Source of the DNA: Candidatus Xenobia bacterium
GTDB taxonomy: Bacteria; Vulcanimicrobiota; Xenobia; Xenobiales; QWHO01
Reading direction: 5' to 3'
Length of the DNA: 64,000 nt
Assembly: GCA_045863235.1 (NCBI GenBank)
Contig: BTUM01000020.1
Coordinates: forward strand, 1 to 64,000
Position 1 is the stretch's first letter, and each line of letters opens with the position of its first letter. Below are positions 7,723 through 17,535 of the stretch, in pieces. Under the pieces are notes generated by a model, which was given only the letters and a program-made list of their open reading frames with translations, had not been told where the DNA came from and ran no database searches. The translations under genes were made by a program, and so were the position numbers.

Positions 7723-10212
7723 ATGATCTGCTTCAACCCCGCCAGCTTCCCCCAGAACCCGTCCTGCAACCTGCCTACTTTGCCTCTGCCCGGCTTGCTG
7801 CCGCCCGTCAGGGAGTCGTGCTGGCACCAGCAGCAGGTGGGATGCGCCCAGGACCTGCTGGCGCAGTTCTGCGAGCAGCATCAAAAGCCCCAGCCTCCGA
7901 GTCAGGAGGAGATGGCCCGATTGGGCGAGGTTCTCTGCGAGCTGGGACTGAACGGCAACCCGGTCGCTCTTCTGGCCGTCTGCTCTCTGCTGGGAGTGGG
8001 GTTCGACGTCGACGGGATCGTCGAGTTTCTGGAGGGCTGCTTCAAGAAGCCTCCGGCTCCCTGCCAGGAGCCGAAAGCGGCCGGTGGCACGCCCGAGTCG
8101 GCCTCCGGGGGATCCTCTGAGCCCTCCGGAGCAGCCGGCAGTCAGCCGAGTTGTCCCCCGGCAACCGCAGGCCCCTCCACCGGAAGTCAGCCGAGTTGTC
8201 CCCCGGCAACCACAGGCCCCTCCACCGCAAGTCAGGCCAGTTGCCCCCAGTCGACCACCCCTCCGACCTGCTCCGAGGCCCTGCCGGAGGATCGAGCCGG
8301 TCTCGAGGCCGAGCGGGCCGAGACCCGGGGCGAGCTGGACGCCGCTTCGGGCGAGCTGTCCACTGTCCAGGCCGCGCTGAGCGAAGCCCGCAATCGCGGG
8401 CTGACCCGGATGGGCGCCGATGTGCCGGCCTGCGACCGCGAGGCCTTCCGGGCCGCGCAGGAGCGCTACCAGGCCGCTCAGTCCCAGGTGGCCGCCCTGC
8501 GCGGCCAGCGCGCCAGCAAAGTGGCCGAGATGCAGCAAACCCAGGCCGAGATCACGGTCCAGGAGGCAAAGCGCGAGGCGGCCACGGCCGACGTGGAGAG
8601 CGCCAACTCCGACCTGGCCGCCCTGCGCAGCCAGCGAGCCTCCCTCGGCGAGGAGGAGGATTGCGCCGGGATCGACGCTGACATCGCCGCCGCCGAGCGC
8701 CGACTGGAGGAGGCTCAGCGCCGGTTGACCGAGGCCAACACCGAGCTCGAGCGCCTGAATGCCCTCAAGGAGGCTCAGAGTGCCGAGCTGCTGACCATCG
8801 ATCGCGAGTTGCAGGCCCAGCAGCAACTGGTGGCCGAGGCCCTGACCGAGTTGGACGCGCTTCGCAACCTGCCCGAGGGCTCCACCGAGCAAGAGCTGGC
8901 CGCATCCTCCGAGGTTCAGGCCGCTCAGGCCCGGGTAGACGAGGTCCAGGCCCGCATCGACGCTCTGCGCGCTCGACTTGCCGAGATCGACAACCGGATC
9001 GCCCAAATTCGCGTCCAGAATCAGCACGAGCAGCCTCCAAGTGCCGGCACCTTGCCTTCCGAGCTGATCGGACAAACAGGTGGGGAAGGGTCGGCCCTCA
9101 CCGAGGGCTTGGACGCCTCCGATGGCTACAACTGCTGGGAGAGCTCGGCCACCTACGCAGCCGCCAATCCGGGCCAGCAGGTTCAGCTCCTCTCCGACAG
9201 CGACGGCACCAACCACGCTGTGGCGGTCTCCGAGGACGGCGAGTGGGTGACCTTTGACGGCACCAATCAGGTCGACCCGCCGGTGCGGGTGGAGGATTAC
9301 CTGGCCCGCTCCCGCGATTACCAGCGCTTCGTGCGAGCCGACCAGACCAGCGTGGGGCCCGTCGATCCGCAGGTCCTGCTCGACCCTGCTCTCCGCGCCC
9401 AGGCACTCCGGCCGGGTGGGGCTCTGGACGGCGTGCCCGCCGGCGAGCTGTTCGCCGACTCAGGTGAACAGGTGCACGGTGGAATCACCATCAGCGAGTG
9501 GCGCAACCGCCTGGCTACTGATCCCGCTTTCCAGGTCTTCCGCGACCTGCAGAGCACCGACTCGGCCGCCGCTCTGCGCTGGCTGATGACCGACCCCACC
9601 CTGCCGGGCACCACCGTGGGCCAGCGCATGGATTTCATCCTGGACCTGACCAACGACGACGGCAGCAGCGGCATGACCCACTTCGCCCTCGGCTTCAACG
9701 ACTCGGGCTTCCGCCCCGAGCTGCAGGACGGCTATCTCTGGGGGGCCAACAGCCACAACCAGGTCGGGCACTTCCTGACGGCGGTCGACATCGGTATCCA
9801 CGAGAACGGTTTCCTGATGCGCTGCGCCCTGGGTCACGAGCAGTACCCCGATGTCTCGACCGGCTCGGGGACGAGCAACGCCTTCTACCAGGGTATCCAG
9901 TGCGTGGCCGGCGACCTGAACGCGCAGGATCTGGGGAGCCTCAGCCAGGCCATCCTCGACGCCAGCGCCCAGACCGACCCGGCCCGGGCTAAGGCCATCA
10001 TCGACGCGGCCGTGGACCAGATGTACATTGCCGAGGGCACCGGCAACAGCCGCGAGGACATGCGCCTGACCTCTTATGGAATCTTCCTGGGCCGCATCGT
10101 GGGGACTTACCCGCAGACCGAGCTGAGCGTTCTAAGCGGCTTCATGGATGCGTTCGTGGCCCAGCCGGGCCAACCCGCCTCGACCGGGCTCGCCCGGCCG
10201 GTCGGGAGCTAG
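7723..10212 (+). CDS. Hypothetical multidomain protein: Cys/Pro-rich N-terminus, long coiled coil, possible papain-fold domain, toxin-like C-terminus
   Basis: 829-aa ORF with high-GC3 codon pattern and upstream GGAGG; NCWE...HAV...FD and NQVGHF motifs. Confidence 0.7.
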   Translation: MICFNPASFPQNPSCNLPTLPLPGLLPPVRESCWHQQQVGCAQDLLAQFCEQHQKPQPPSQEEMARLGEVLCELGLNGNPVALLAVCSLLGVGFDVDGIVEFLEGCFKKPPAPCQEPKAAGGTPESASGGSSEPSGAAGSQPSCPPATAGPSTGSQPSCPPATTGPSTASQASCPQSTTPPTCSEALPEDRAGLEAERAETRGELDAASGELSTVQAALSEARNRGLTRMGADVPACDREAFRAAQERYQAAQSQVAALRGQRASKVAEMQQTQAEITVQEAKREAATADVESANSDLAALRSQRASLGEEEDCAGIDADIAAAERRLEEAQRRLTEANTELERLNALKEAQSAELLTIDRELQAQQQLVAEALTELDALRNLPEGSTEQELAASSEVQAAQARVDEVQARIDALRARLAEIDNRIAQIRVQNQHEQPPSAGTLPSELIGQTGGEGSALTEGLDASDGYNCWESSATYAAANPGQQVQLLSDSDGTNHAVAVSEDGEWVTFDGTNQVDPPVRVEDYLARSRDYQRFVRADQTSVGPVDPQVLLDPALRAQALRPGGALDGVPAGELFADSGEQVHGGITISEWRNRLATDPAFQVFRDLQSTDSAAALRWLMTDPTLPGTTVGQRMDFILDLTNDDGSSGMTHFALGFNDSGFRPELQDGYLWGANSHNQVGHFLTAVDIGIHENGFLMRCALGHEQYPDVSTGSGTSNAFYQGIQCVAGDLNAQDLGSLSQAILDASAQTDPARAKAIIDAAVDQMYIAEGTGNSREDMRLTSYGIFLGRIVGTYPQTELSVLSGFMDAFVAQPGQPASTGLARPVGS
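8140..8250 (+). repeat. 45-bp in-frame tandem repeat (SQPSCPPATxGPSTx)
   Basis: agtcagccgagttgtcccccggcaacc..aggcccctccaccg starts at 8140 and 8185, degenerate at 8230. Confidence 0.85.
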
Positions 10213-10237
10213 ATCCCTCAGCGCAGAAAGGAGTCAT

Positions 10238-11593
10238 CTACCAGCCCACCTCGTGAAATCGAAGCGTGCGCTCGAAGAAGAGGCCCGAGCGGCCGGTGCC
10301 GGCCTCCTTGGCCGGGGTCCAGGGCACCTGACCCACAGCTGGCAGAAAGACCAGGTCACGGACCGGTCCTTCTGCCAGCTCGTGCAAGGTACCCTCCCGG
10401 TCGAGCAGGCAGAGGGTGCGCTTGAGACGCATGGCGGCCCACAGTCCGTCCTGGGAAATGATCGAGGCGCCCAGCAGGGTTGGATCGGGCAACCAGAGAC
10501 GCAACTCGTCGCGTTGCATCACGCGCTCTTCGCGGCGGGCCTCGGGGATGGGGGGACGGTGGCGCAGCCCCAGCCGGGAGTACCGTCCCTGGTCGGTTTC
10601 CTGGCCGGTGGTCAAATTCAGGTCACGCCAGCGAAAGTATCCCAGCGGTTGCTCGCGGGAACGGTCGGAGAAGAACTCGGGGTCGCGCTCGCGGGTCAGC
10701 TCGCTGACCGAATAGCGCACTGTGTCCGGGTCCATCCAGCCCAGCTGAAGCTGGGGAGGCTGCTGGCTGCGGGGATCGAGCCGAAGGGGCAGCCCGGTTC
10801 GGCGGGCCAGCAGGCGGCTGGTAGCCAGCTCCACCACCTCCACCTGGCCTTCGTCACCTGCGGCCGAGCCGATGGCCAGCCGGGTGTGGTCGGGCGAGAG
10901 GGCCACGCTGGCAGCCGCGCGCCCCCCCAGCAGCAGCTCGTCGACCGCCTCTGTCGTCGCTGAGACCTTCCCCTGGCCGTTCTTGGCCACCCGGTAGAGC
11001 TCGCTGCCGGTCCAGGCATACAGGGCTTCTTGATCCTCACCCAGGAAAGCCACGATCTTGCGCCGGGCCAGAGTTCGGGGCGGCTCGTGCGGGGAGCGGC
11101 AAACCAGATGCTCCCCATCCAGGTACACCAGCCGATCGATGTCCAGGCTGATCGGCTTGACCCGCCTGTCGGAAAGGGGGAGCAGGCGGCCCGTGGACAT
11201 CTCGAAGGCAGCCAGCGCGGGCGTCTGCACCAGCAGGTGGTCGTGATCGAGCCGGTCGAGCACGTTCAGGCTGGTCGGCTCGAGCAGCGTCTCAGGCTTG
11301 AGCGAGCGGGTCAGATCGACCAGGTAGAGCGTATTGGCGTGGCGGTAGGTCAACAGTGGCCCGCTGCTGACCTCCAGCGGTCGGGCGCCGGGAAGCCTCT
11401 CGCCCGGCAGGGCTCCCCAGCCGGCCTCCGACGGAACCTCGGCCGGCTGGTAGACCGCCGGCCGGGGCGGCTGGCCCGCGGGGGGCTGAGGAGGGTTGGA
11501 GGGGCCGCACGCCGCTGTCAGAACCAACAGGATCAGCCCCGAAAGGCTCAGGCCCATGAGCCGGGACGAGGCTTGCAGCCGAGCCTGGAGCAT
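10238..11593 (-). CDS. Hypothetical lipoprotein, possibly beta-propeller
   Basis: Lipobox LVLTAA-C followed by a Pro-rich linker; LSPD and ISQDG beta-turn motifs. Start could be 11557. Confidence 0.65.
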   Translation of the reverse strand: MLQARLQASSRLMGLSLSGLILLVLTAACGPSNPPQPPAGQPPRPAVYQPAEVPSEAGWGALPGERLPGARPLEVSSGPLLTYRHANTLYLVDLTRSLKPETLLEPTSLNVLDRLDHDHLLVQTPALAAFEMSTGRLLPLSDRRVKPISLDIDRLVYLDGEHLVCRSPHEPPRTLARRKIVAFLGEDQEALYAWTGSELYRVAKNGQGKVSATTEAVDELLLGGRAAASVALSPDHTRLAIGSAAGDEGQVEVVELATSRLLARRTGLPLRLDPRSQQPPQLQLGWMDPDTVRYSVSELTRERDPEFFSDRSREQPLGYFRWRDLNLTTGQETDQGRYSRLGLRHRPPIPEARREERVMQRDELRLWLPDPTLLGASIISQDGLWAAMRLKRTLCLLDREGTLHELAEGPVRDLVFLPAVGQVPWTPAKEAGTGRSGLFFERTLRFHEVGW

Positions 11594-11616
11594 CGACCGC
11601 CCGACGCGGAACACGG

Positions 11617-12087
11617 CTACTTCTGGAACAGGCCCTTGAGCGCTCCCAGGAAGCTGCCCAGGGCCGACGAGCGCTCGCCCTCCAACCCGGCCTTGATCTC
11701 GCTGACCACCTTCTCGTCCCCGGTCAGACCTTTGTTCTGCTTGTACTTGTAAACGATGCGCTTCAGCTCGCCGTGATCGAGCCAGATGCCGTTGCACTTC
11801 TCGCAGCGGTCGACGTTGATGTCCCCCACCATGTTCTCGCGCATAGCCACTCGACAGCGAGGACAGGCGCGGGCACGGGTGGAGATGGTGTAGCCTACCG
11901 TCTGGAGCGGCTCCACGTGGTCTTCCAGGAAGAAGCGCTGCTGCAGGGCCTTGCTGGAGAAGAACTGGCGCAGCTCGCCGGCGTCGAACCAGAGGCCCTG
12001 GCACTCGGGACAGGAATCGATGGCCAACCCGGTCCCCTCGTCTTGCGAGGTGCGCAGGGCGACCTTGCTGCACTTGGGACACCTCAT
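11617..12087 (-). CDS. Double zf-TFIIB zinc-ribbon protein
   Basis: Two CPxC...IDxCxxCxGxWxDxGEL units. Confidence 0.9.
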   Translation of the reverse strand: MRCPKCSKVALRTSQDEGTGLAIDSCPECQGLWFDAGELRQFFSSKALQQRFFLEDHVEPLQTVGYTISTRARACPRCRVAMRENMVGDINVDRCEKCNGIWLDHGELKRIVYKYKQNKGLTGDEKVVSEIKAGLEGERSSALGSFLGALKGLFQK

Positions 12088-13217
12088 TCGGTGACGACCC
12101 CCTCGGTGATTTGCAGGTACAGGTCTTCCAGATCCCACGGGTCCTCGGCGAAGGTGATCAGCGGGAAGCCTTGCTCCATCAACTTGCGGTGGAGGTCGGC
12201 CATGTCCTGGTCGTGGCCCTTGAACTCGAAGACGATCTCCTCGCCCTCCCAGGAGACTTTCTCGACCGATTCGGTCCTCTCCAGGCTCTTTCGAATCTCT
12301 TCGCCCCGCGCCAGGGTGCGCAGACGCACCCGGCGGGTGCCGCGCAGCTTGTCGATCAGGCGGGAGGTCTCCTCGAAGACCAGCAGGTTGCCGCTCACCA
12401 GAATGGCCACCTTGTTGCAGAAGTCGGCCAGGTCGCTGAGAATGTGCGAGCTGACGATCATGGCCTTCCCGCGCTGCTGGAGGCCCTTGAGGATGTCGCG
12501 CAGCTCCACCCGGGCTCGCGGGTCAAGACCCGCTGCCGGCTCGTCGAGCAAGAAGAGGGCCGGGTCGTGCATCAAGAGGCGAGCGAGCCCCAGGCGCTGC
12601 TTCTGGCCACGCGACAGCCCGTCCACCAGGTTTTCCTGCAGGTGGGTGAGGCGCGTGGTCTCCAGCGCCTCCTTGATTACGAACTCGCGGTGGTGGGCCG
12701 AGATTTTGTAGGCCCGGGCGAAGAACTCGAGGTATTCCTTGACCAGCAGGTCGTCGTAGACGCCCAGGAAGTCGGGCATGTAGCCCACGCGAGCGCGCAC
12801 TTCCTGCACCTGTTTGAGGGAGTGGCCAGCGACAAAGGCCTCGCCTCCGTCGCTTGCGAGCACAGTGGCCAGCATGCGCAGCGTGGTGGTCTTGCCCGCC
12901 CCGTTGGGGCCCAGAAAGCCCAGAATGTCCCCCGGGAAGAGGCGGAAGGTCAGCTGGTTGACGGCCAGAACGGCGCCGTATCGCTTGCTCAGCCCTCGGA
13001 TGTCGAGCACCGCTCCATCGGCGCAGGGGGCACCCGAGGGGATGACCTCGACCGGGCGCAGGAGCGGCCCGGGGCTTTCCTCCTGGCGAGGCACGATGTC
13101 ATCCTCGGGACGGGGCCGACGCACCGGGGTGGTCGTCTCTTCGGTCTCCTGGGCCGCCGGGGGAGCGGGGAGGGGCTCGGTCGGCTCGAGCTTGCTGGTC
13201 GGGTAAGATTCGTCCAT
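12084..13217 (-). CDS. ABC transporter ATP-binding protein (ABC-2/CcmA type)
   Basis: GPNGAGKTT, LSRGQKQR, LLDEP, SSHIL. Confidence 0.95.
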   Translation of the reverse strand: MDESYPTSKLEPTEPLPAPPAAQETEETTTPVRRPRPEDDIVPRQEESPGPLLRPVEVIPSGAPCADGAVLDIRGLSKRYGAVLAVNQLTFRLFPGDILGFLGPNGAGKTTTLRMLATVLASDGGEAFVAGHSLKQVQEVRARVGYMPDFLGVYDDLLVKEYLEFFARAYKISAHHREFVIKEALETTRLTHLQENLVDGLSRGQKQRLGLARLLMHDPALFLLDEPAAGLDPRARVELRDILKGLQQRGKAMIVSSHILSDLADFCNKVAILVSGNLLVFEETSRLIDKLRGTRRVRLRTLARGEEIRKSLERTESVEKVSWEGEEIVFEFKGHDQDMADLHRKLMEQGFPLITFAEDPWDLEDLYLQITEGVVTE

Positions 13218-13232
13218 GCTGTCCTCCCGAGC

Positions 13233-14945
13233 TCAGACCGGGGCGGGCGCGGCGGCTTCAAGCTCGCGGCGGGCCTGGTCGAGAATCTGGTCGACCTCGA
13301 GCTCGAGGGCCCGGGCCGCCTGGTCGAGCCGGCGCCACTTCCGGCGTACGAATTTGCTGGCCGTGCCGCCCTGGCTGGCGGTCTGAAACGGCATGGCGCT
13401 CACCTCCTTGGGCTCGATGAGCACCCACACCAGGCTGCGAGCCTGACGCCCCCAGTGGCGCAGCTGGTTGGTGCGGCGGCAGAGCGAGGCGGTGGACGGG
13501 TAGCGGCGGCAGACTTCGGGCCGATGGGTATAGACACCGCACTGCCAGAAGCCGAGCTCGGTTTCCTGGAGGAAGATGCAGCTTCGGTCGCGGTGGCCCA
13601 CCACTTTCAAGGGCAGCAGGCGGGGGTTCTGGCCGGCATATCGTTGCTCGTGGTCGGACTTGGCCAGGATACGGTTGCCCGCGTTCCAGCTGAAGCGGCC
13701 CGGGGAGGTGTGCTTCTCCACGAACTCGCTCGGGGTCATGTTCAGGTGCTCGGCCAGCCGATCGATGTCGGAGGGGGTGATCTCGACCGAGTAAGCGCGA
13801 CAGCACTCGCCGCACATGAAGCAGGGGGGATCGCCCTCGGTCAGCTTCTCCTGGAAGCTCTCGTCGTCTTTGGTGAGCAGCTCATGCATGAAAACCTGAA
13901 CTCGGTCCTGCAGTTGAGGGTAATAGCCCAGGCTCAGATAGACGGGGATTTTTTCAGGCTGGCCGGGTTGGCGCAGGCTCTTGGGCACGTCGTAGTAGGC
14001 TGTGACGCTATCTTCAGTGAGCTGCAGCCAGTGCACGTGCGAGCCGCGGCGCTTCTTGAGCGGTGTCAGATCGGTCACCGGGATCTCTACCCGCCCGGCG
14101 GCCAGGTCCTCGAGGTGACTCAGGTCGGCCCAAAGCTTCTCGAGCAGGTCGGGGCTTTGCTTGTCCAGCCCTCCCAGGCAGCCCAGGTCGCTGACCAGCT
14201 TGCGCAGGTTGGCCACGTTGTCGTGAAATTGCTGGTCGACTCTGGCAGGGTGAAACTCCTCGATCATTTCCCTGGCGATGCCCGAGGCGCGATTGGCCAC
14301 GCGCATGAGGCGCTCTTCGGCGGTGGCCTCGGTGGTCTCGAGCTGGGCCGTCAGAACGTCGATGAAGGCCTGCTCGTGCTCGAGCTCGGTACGCTCGCCG
14401 TCCATCAGGCAGACCAGCATCTTGCCGTGCTCGATCTGGATCCAGGCCAGCTCCTGCATCAGACGGCCCGGCTCCTTGCGACAGACCGGCGAGTTGGAGA
14501 CGAACAGGCGACAGTCGGCCGGACGGATGTCGTGCACACTGCAGCTCGCGATGGTATCCCCGGCACCCTCTTTGAGCAGGGGACAGGCCCCGTTCTTGAG
14601 GCGGATGAACCCATCCCCCTTGTTCCAACTGGGTGCTGGGTCGAGGTAGTCGCGCCGGAACTCCTCCTCGGTCAGGCCAAGTCGCGTGCGGATCCGAAAG
14701 ATCTCCTGCTCGCGCATGACCACGCCGGGTCTTTTGCAGGAGTTGCCACAACGCCCGCACACGTTCTTGAAGAGCGTGAACTGGTGGCGTTTGACCAGGT
14801 CATAGAGCAGCATCTGCACTTGCTCGCGCAGTTCGGGATACTCGTTGTAGAGAAGTTTGTAATCAGCCAGTCCGCTGGCCGACGGGGCGCTGACGTAGAG
14901 CGCGTCCCCATAGAGCTCGATCTTACTTCCTGGGGGAACCTGCAT
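13233..14945 (-). CDS. Protein with two YkgJ/FliB-type cysteine-cluster domains
   Basis: CGRCGNSC...CPLL...CSVHDIRPADCR and CFMCGECC...CIFL...CGVYTHRPEVCRRYP. Confidence 0.85.
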   Translation of the reverse strand: MQVPPGSKIELYGDALYVSAPSASGLADYKLLYNEYPELREQVQMLLYDLVKRHQFTLFKNVCGRCGNSCKRPGVVMREQEIFRIRTRLGLTEEEFRRDYLDPAPSWNKGDGFIRLKNGACPLLKEGAGDTIASCSVHDIRPADCRLFVSNSPVCRKEPGRLMQELAWIQIEHGKMLVCLMDGERTELEHEQAFIDVLTAQLETTEATAEERLMRVANRASGIAREMIEEFHPARVDQQFHDNVANLRKLVSDLGCLGGLDKQSPDLLEKLWADLSHLEDLAAGRVEIPVTDLTPLKKRRGSHVHWLQLTEDSVTAYYDVPKSLRQPGQPEKIPVYLSLGYYPQLQDRVQVFMHELLTKDDESFQEKLTEGDPPCFMCGECCRAYSVEITPSDIDRLAEHLNMTPSEFVEKHTSPGRFSWNAGNRILAKSDHEQRYAGQNPRLLPLKVVGHRDRSCIFLQETELGFWQCGVYTHRPEVCRRYPSTASLCRRTNQLRHWGRQARSLVWVLIEPKEVSAMPFQTASQGGTASKFVRRKWRRLDQAARALELEVDQILDQARRELEAAAPAPV

Positions 14946-14966
14946 GCCGGCGAGGTTCGCGCTGAT

Positions 14967-15989
14967 TCAAACCAAATCCCGCTCGTGCAAAAGCTCGGCC
15001 ACGAGCGAGTGCGACTTGCCCCGCCAGCGATTCCACCAGGCGGCCGGGTCGGCCATTGCCTCGTGGTAGGCACGGACCAGGTTCTCGTTGACCGGGGTGG
15101 GGATACCCAGCTTCTTCCCATACTCGACCACGGCCCCGTTGAGGTAGTCGATCTCGGTCTTGGCTCGCCCCCGGCGCAGCTCGAGCAAAAGCGAGGGAGG
15201 CTTGTCGCCCCGGCCGCGGGACATCTTCTCGGAGAGCAGCGGGAAGCTCAGGCGAGAGGGCAGCCAGAACATCACCTCGCTGAACTTCTTGACCGGGTAG
15301 TCGGGCAGGTCGATGATCTTGAGGTTCTGAGCCCGGATGACCTTGCGCACCTCGCTCAGGGAGCGCACCTCGAAGCGATACAGCTTGCGATCGCCGAAGA
15401 GCTCGGTTGGGGTGCAATCGAGCAGGGCACCCAGGGCGTTGCCCACCACATTCAGGCAAAGCTTGGACCATTTCATGGAGCGATAGTCGGGGCAGGCCTG
15501 CACCTTGAGCCCGCCCTTCTCGAAGAGCTTCTGGAGGGGCGCAGTGGGGGCGTCGGAGTAGGGGGCCAGGCCCAGCCCCCCACTCAAGCCGGGGTGCAGG
15601 ACGCCCGGCTCGGGCGAGGCCACCGAGCAGGTCACGCTGCCCACGATCAGGTTGGCCGAGAGAAAGCGGCTGCGCACCAGCTCGTCGGTTCCGATGCCGT
15701 TCTGGATGGTCAGGACGTTTTGGAAGGACAACCGGCTGCCCAGGATGTCCAGCGCATCGGCCACGTCGAAGGCTTTGACAGTGAGGAGCACCAGGTCGTA
15801 ACTGCCCGGGGGGGCCTCTTCGAAGGCTTTGAGACGCACCGTCTTGAGCCCGCAGCGGAGCCCGCGCTCGTTGATGGCCTTGCAGGCCGCGGCCCGGGTG
15901 ACCAGGGTGACCTCCTCGCCGGCCTGAGCGAGCGCCGCCCCGAGCCATTGCCCGATGGCACCGGCCCCAAAGACGAGGACACGACCCAT
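14967..15989 (-). CDS. panE: 2-dehydropantoate 2-reductase (ketopantoate reductase)
   Basis: GAGAIG Rossmann motif, TVKAFD, QNG, WSKLCLN, PSLL..L..GR..TEIDYLNGAV. Confidence 0.85.
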   Translation of the reverse strand: MGRVLVFGAGAIGQWLGAALAQAGEEVTLVTRAAACKAINERGLRCGLKTVRLKAFEEAPPGSYDLVLLTVKAFDVADALDILGSRLSFQNVLTIQNGIGTDELVRSRFLSANLIVGSVTCSVASPEPGVLHPGLSGGLGLAPYSDAPTAPLQKLFEKGGLKVQACPDYRSMKWSKLCLNVVGNALGALLDCTPTELFGDRKLYRFEVRSLSEVRKVIRAQNLKIIDLPDYPVKKFSEVMFWLPSRLSFPLLSEKMSRGRGDKPPSLLLELRRGRAKTEIDYLNGAVVEYGKKLGIPTPVNENLVRAYHEAMADPAAWWNRWRGKSHSLVAELLHERDLV

Positions 15990-15999
15990 CAGAAGTTTC

Positions 16000-16557
16000 C
16001 TAGACGCGTCGGAGGTAGTCCCCCGTGCGAGTGTCGATCTGGAGCTTGTCGCCGATTTCGACAAAGAGCGGGACGTTGACCACTGCTCCGGTCTCGAGGG
16101 TGGCCGGCTTGACCGCGCCGGTGGCGGTGTCGCCCTTGAAGCCAGGGTCGGTCTGAGTGACCTCGAGCTCCATGAAGTTGGGCAGCTCGACGCCCAGGAT
16201 CTCGGTTCCGTGGAACTTGAGATCGCACTCGGTACCATCCTTGAGCCATTTGACGCCGTCGCCGATCTGGGCGGCGGAGACCGCGATCTGCTCGAAGTTC
16301 TCGTTGTCCATGAAGTTGAACTCGTCGTCGTTGCGATACAGGAACTGCATGCGGCGGGTCTCGATAAAGGCGCTCTGGACCTTCTCGCCGCCCCGGAAGG
16401 TCTTCTCGACCACGTAGCCGGTGCGAACGTTCTTCAGTTTCGAGCGCACGAAGGCCGAGCCTTTGCCGGGCTTGACGTGCAGGAACTCGACGACTTGAAA
16501 CAGGTCATTGTCGATCTGGATGGTGATGCCTGTCCGAAAGTCGTTCACCGAAATCAT
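16000..16557 (-). CDS. efp: Elongation factor P
   Basis: MISVNDFRTG...HVKPGKGSAFVR...PGFKGDTA...KPATLETG...VPLF...DTRTG.Y..R. Confidence 0.98.
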   Translation of the reverse strand: MISVNDFRTGITIQIDNDLFQVVEFLHVKPGKGSAFVRSKLKNVRTGYVVEKTFRGGEKVQSAFIETRRMQFLYRNDDEFNFMDNENFEQIAVSAAQIGDGVKWLKDGTECDLKFHGTEILGVELPNFMELEVTQTDPGFKGDTATGAVKPATLETGAVVNVPLFVEIGDKLQIDTRTGDYLRRV

Positions 16558-16766
16558 TGAGAGCCCTCCGACAATATTACTGGCACTCGCAAGCGCACGC
16601 CCGGCAGGTTGCGCTGCCGGGCGACTTGAACCTTCCCCAGAGCCTGCCCGCGGCTTCGTGAAACGGGGGGGCAAAAACCTTCAAGCTGGACCGGGGTGAA
16701 ACCCTGGGTGGGGTGACCGGTTGGATGCAAGCAGAAGGGCTAAGCAAAGCCCGAAACTCCTGAGAG

Positions 16767-17453
16767 GTGGTAATTGTGATGTCACTGATGGGTAAGGCGC
16801 TGCTTGGTCTGGGTCTGGCGGCTTTCTTGTTGGGCGGCCAGTCGGCCTACGCCCAGACTCCCGACGACCAGGGAACTCCCCCCGGGGCCAGCCAGCAATG
16901 CCGGGTCAAGGGCGGCAAGGAGGGCAAACGAGCTTTCCTGGGCAGCCTCAACCTGACCGACCAGCAGAAAGAGCAGCTCAAGGGTCTCAAAGACCTCTCC
17001 CGCGAGGAGCGCGAGGCGCGCCTGAAGGAGATTCTTACCCCCGAGCAGTACGCCAGGCTGCAAGAGCACAAGTCTCAGGCCAAATCCCGGCGGGGCGAAG
17101 GATTGAATCTGACTGCCCAGCAGAAGGAAGAGCTCAAGGGCCTGAAGGATCTCTCCAGGCAAGAGCGCGACGCCCGCCTGAAAGAAATTCTGAGCCCCGA
17201 GCAGTATGCCAGGATGCAAGAGCGTCACGGCAAGATGGCCGAGCGCCGTCAGAAGATGGCCGCCGAGCTGGGCCTGAGCGAGTCTCAGAAAGAGCAGATG
17301 AAGCAGGCTATGATGGAGGTTCGCGAGCAGTCAGAGGGGATGAGCCACCAGGAGCGTCGCGCCCTGCTGCGCGAGAAGATGCAGACGATTCTGACGCCCG
17401 AGCAACTCGAAAAGCTCGAGCAGATGAAACCGGGCCGCCGGGGTCGCAACTGA
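16767..17453 (+). CDS. Secreted Spy/CpxP-like LTXXQ-repeat protein
   Basis: Signal peptide (AYA-Q); repeated LNLTxQQK...ILTPEQ modules. Confidence 0.75.
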   Translation: MVIVMSLMGKALLGLGLAAFLLGGQSAYAQTPDDQGTPPGASQQCRVKGGKEGKRAFLGSLNLTDQQKEQLKGLKDLSREEREARLKEILTPEQYARLQEHKSQAKSRRGEGLNLTAQQKEELKGLKDLSRQERDARLKEILSPEQYARMQERHGKMAERRQKMAAELGLSESQKEQMKQAMMEVREQSEGMSHQERRALLREKMQTILTPEQLEKLEQMKPGRRGRN

Positions 17454-17481
17454 CCCCAGGTCCACAGCTCGACATAAGAAG

Positions 17482-17509
17482 GAAGGCCGGAGGAACTCCT
17501 CCGGCCTTC
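17482..17509. terminator. Probable bidirectional intrinsic terminator
   Basis: gaaggccggagg-aact-cctccggccttc perfect 12-bp stem between convergent genes. Confidence 0.75.
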
Positions 17510-17535
17510 TTCCATGCTAACTAACCCTGCAGTTG

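Noticed and set aside
12111..16079. 1322-aa plus-strand ORF
   Set aside because: Antisense shadow of the ABC/YkgJ/panE genes, typical of high-GC DNA; no recognisable motifs.
16580..16623. CIRCE-like half site and 10-bp hairpin upstream of efp
   Set aside because: The second CIRCE arm is absent; the hairpin (16598-16623) is real, but a GC-rich stem alone supports no function.
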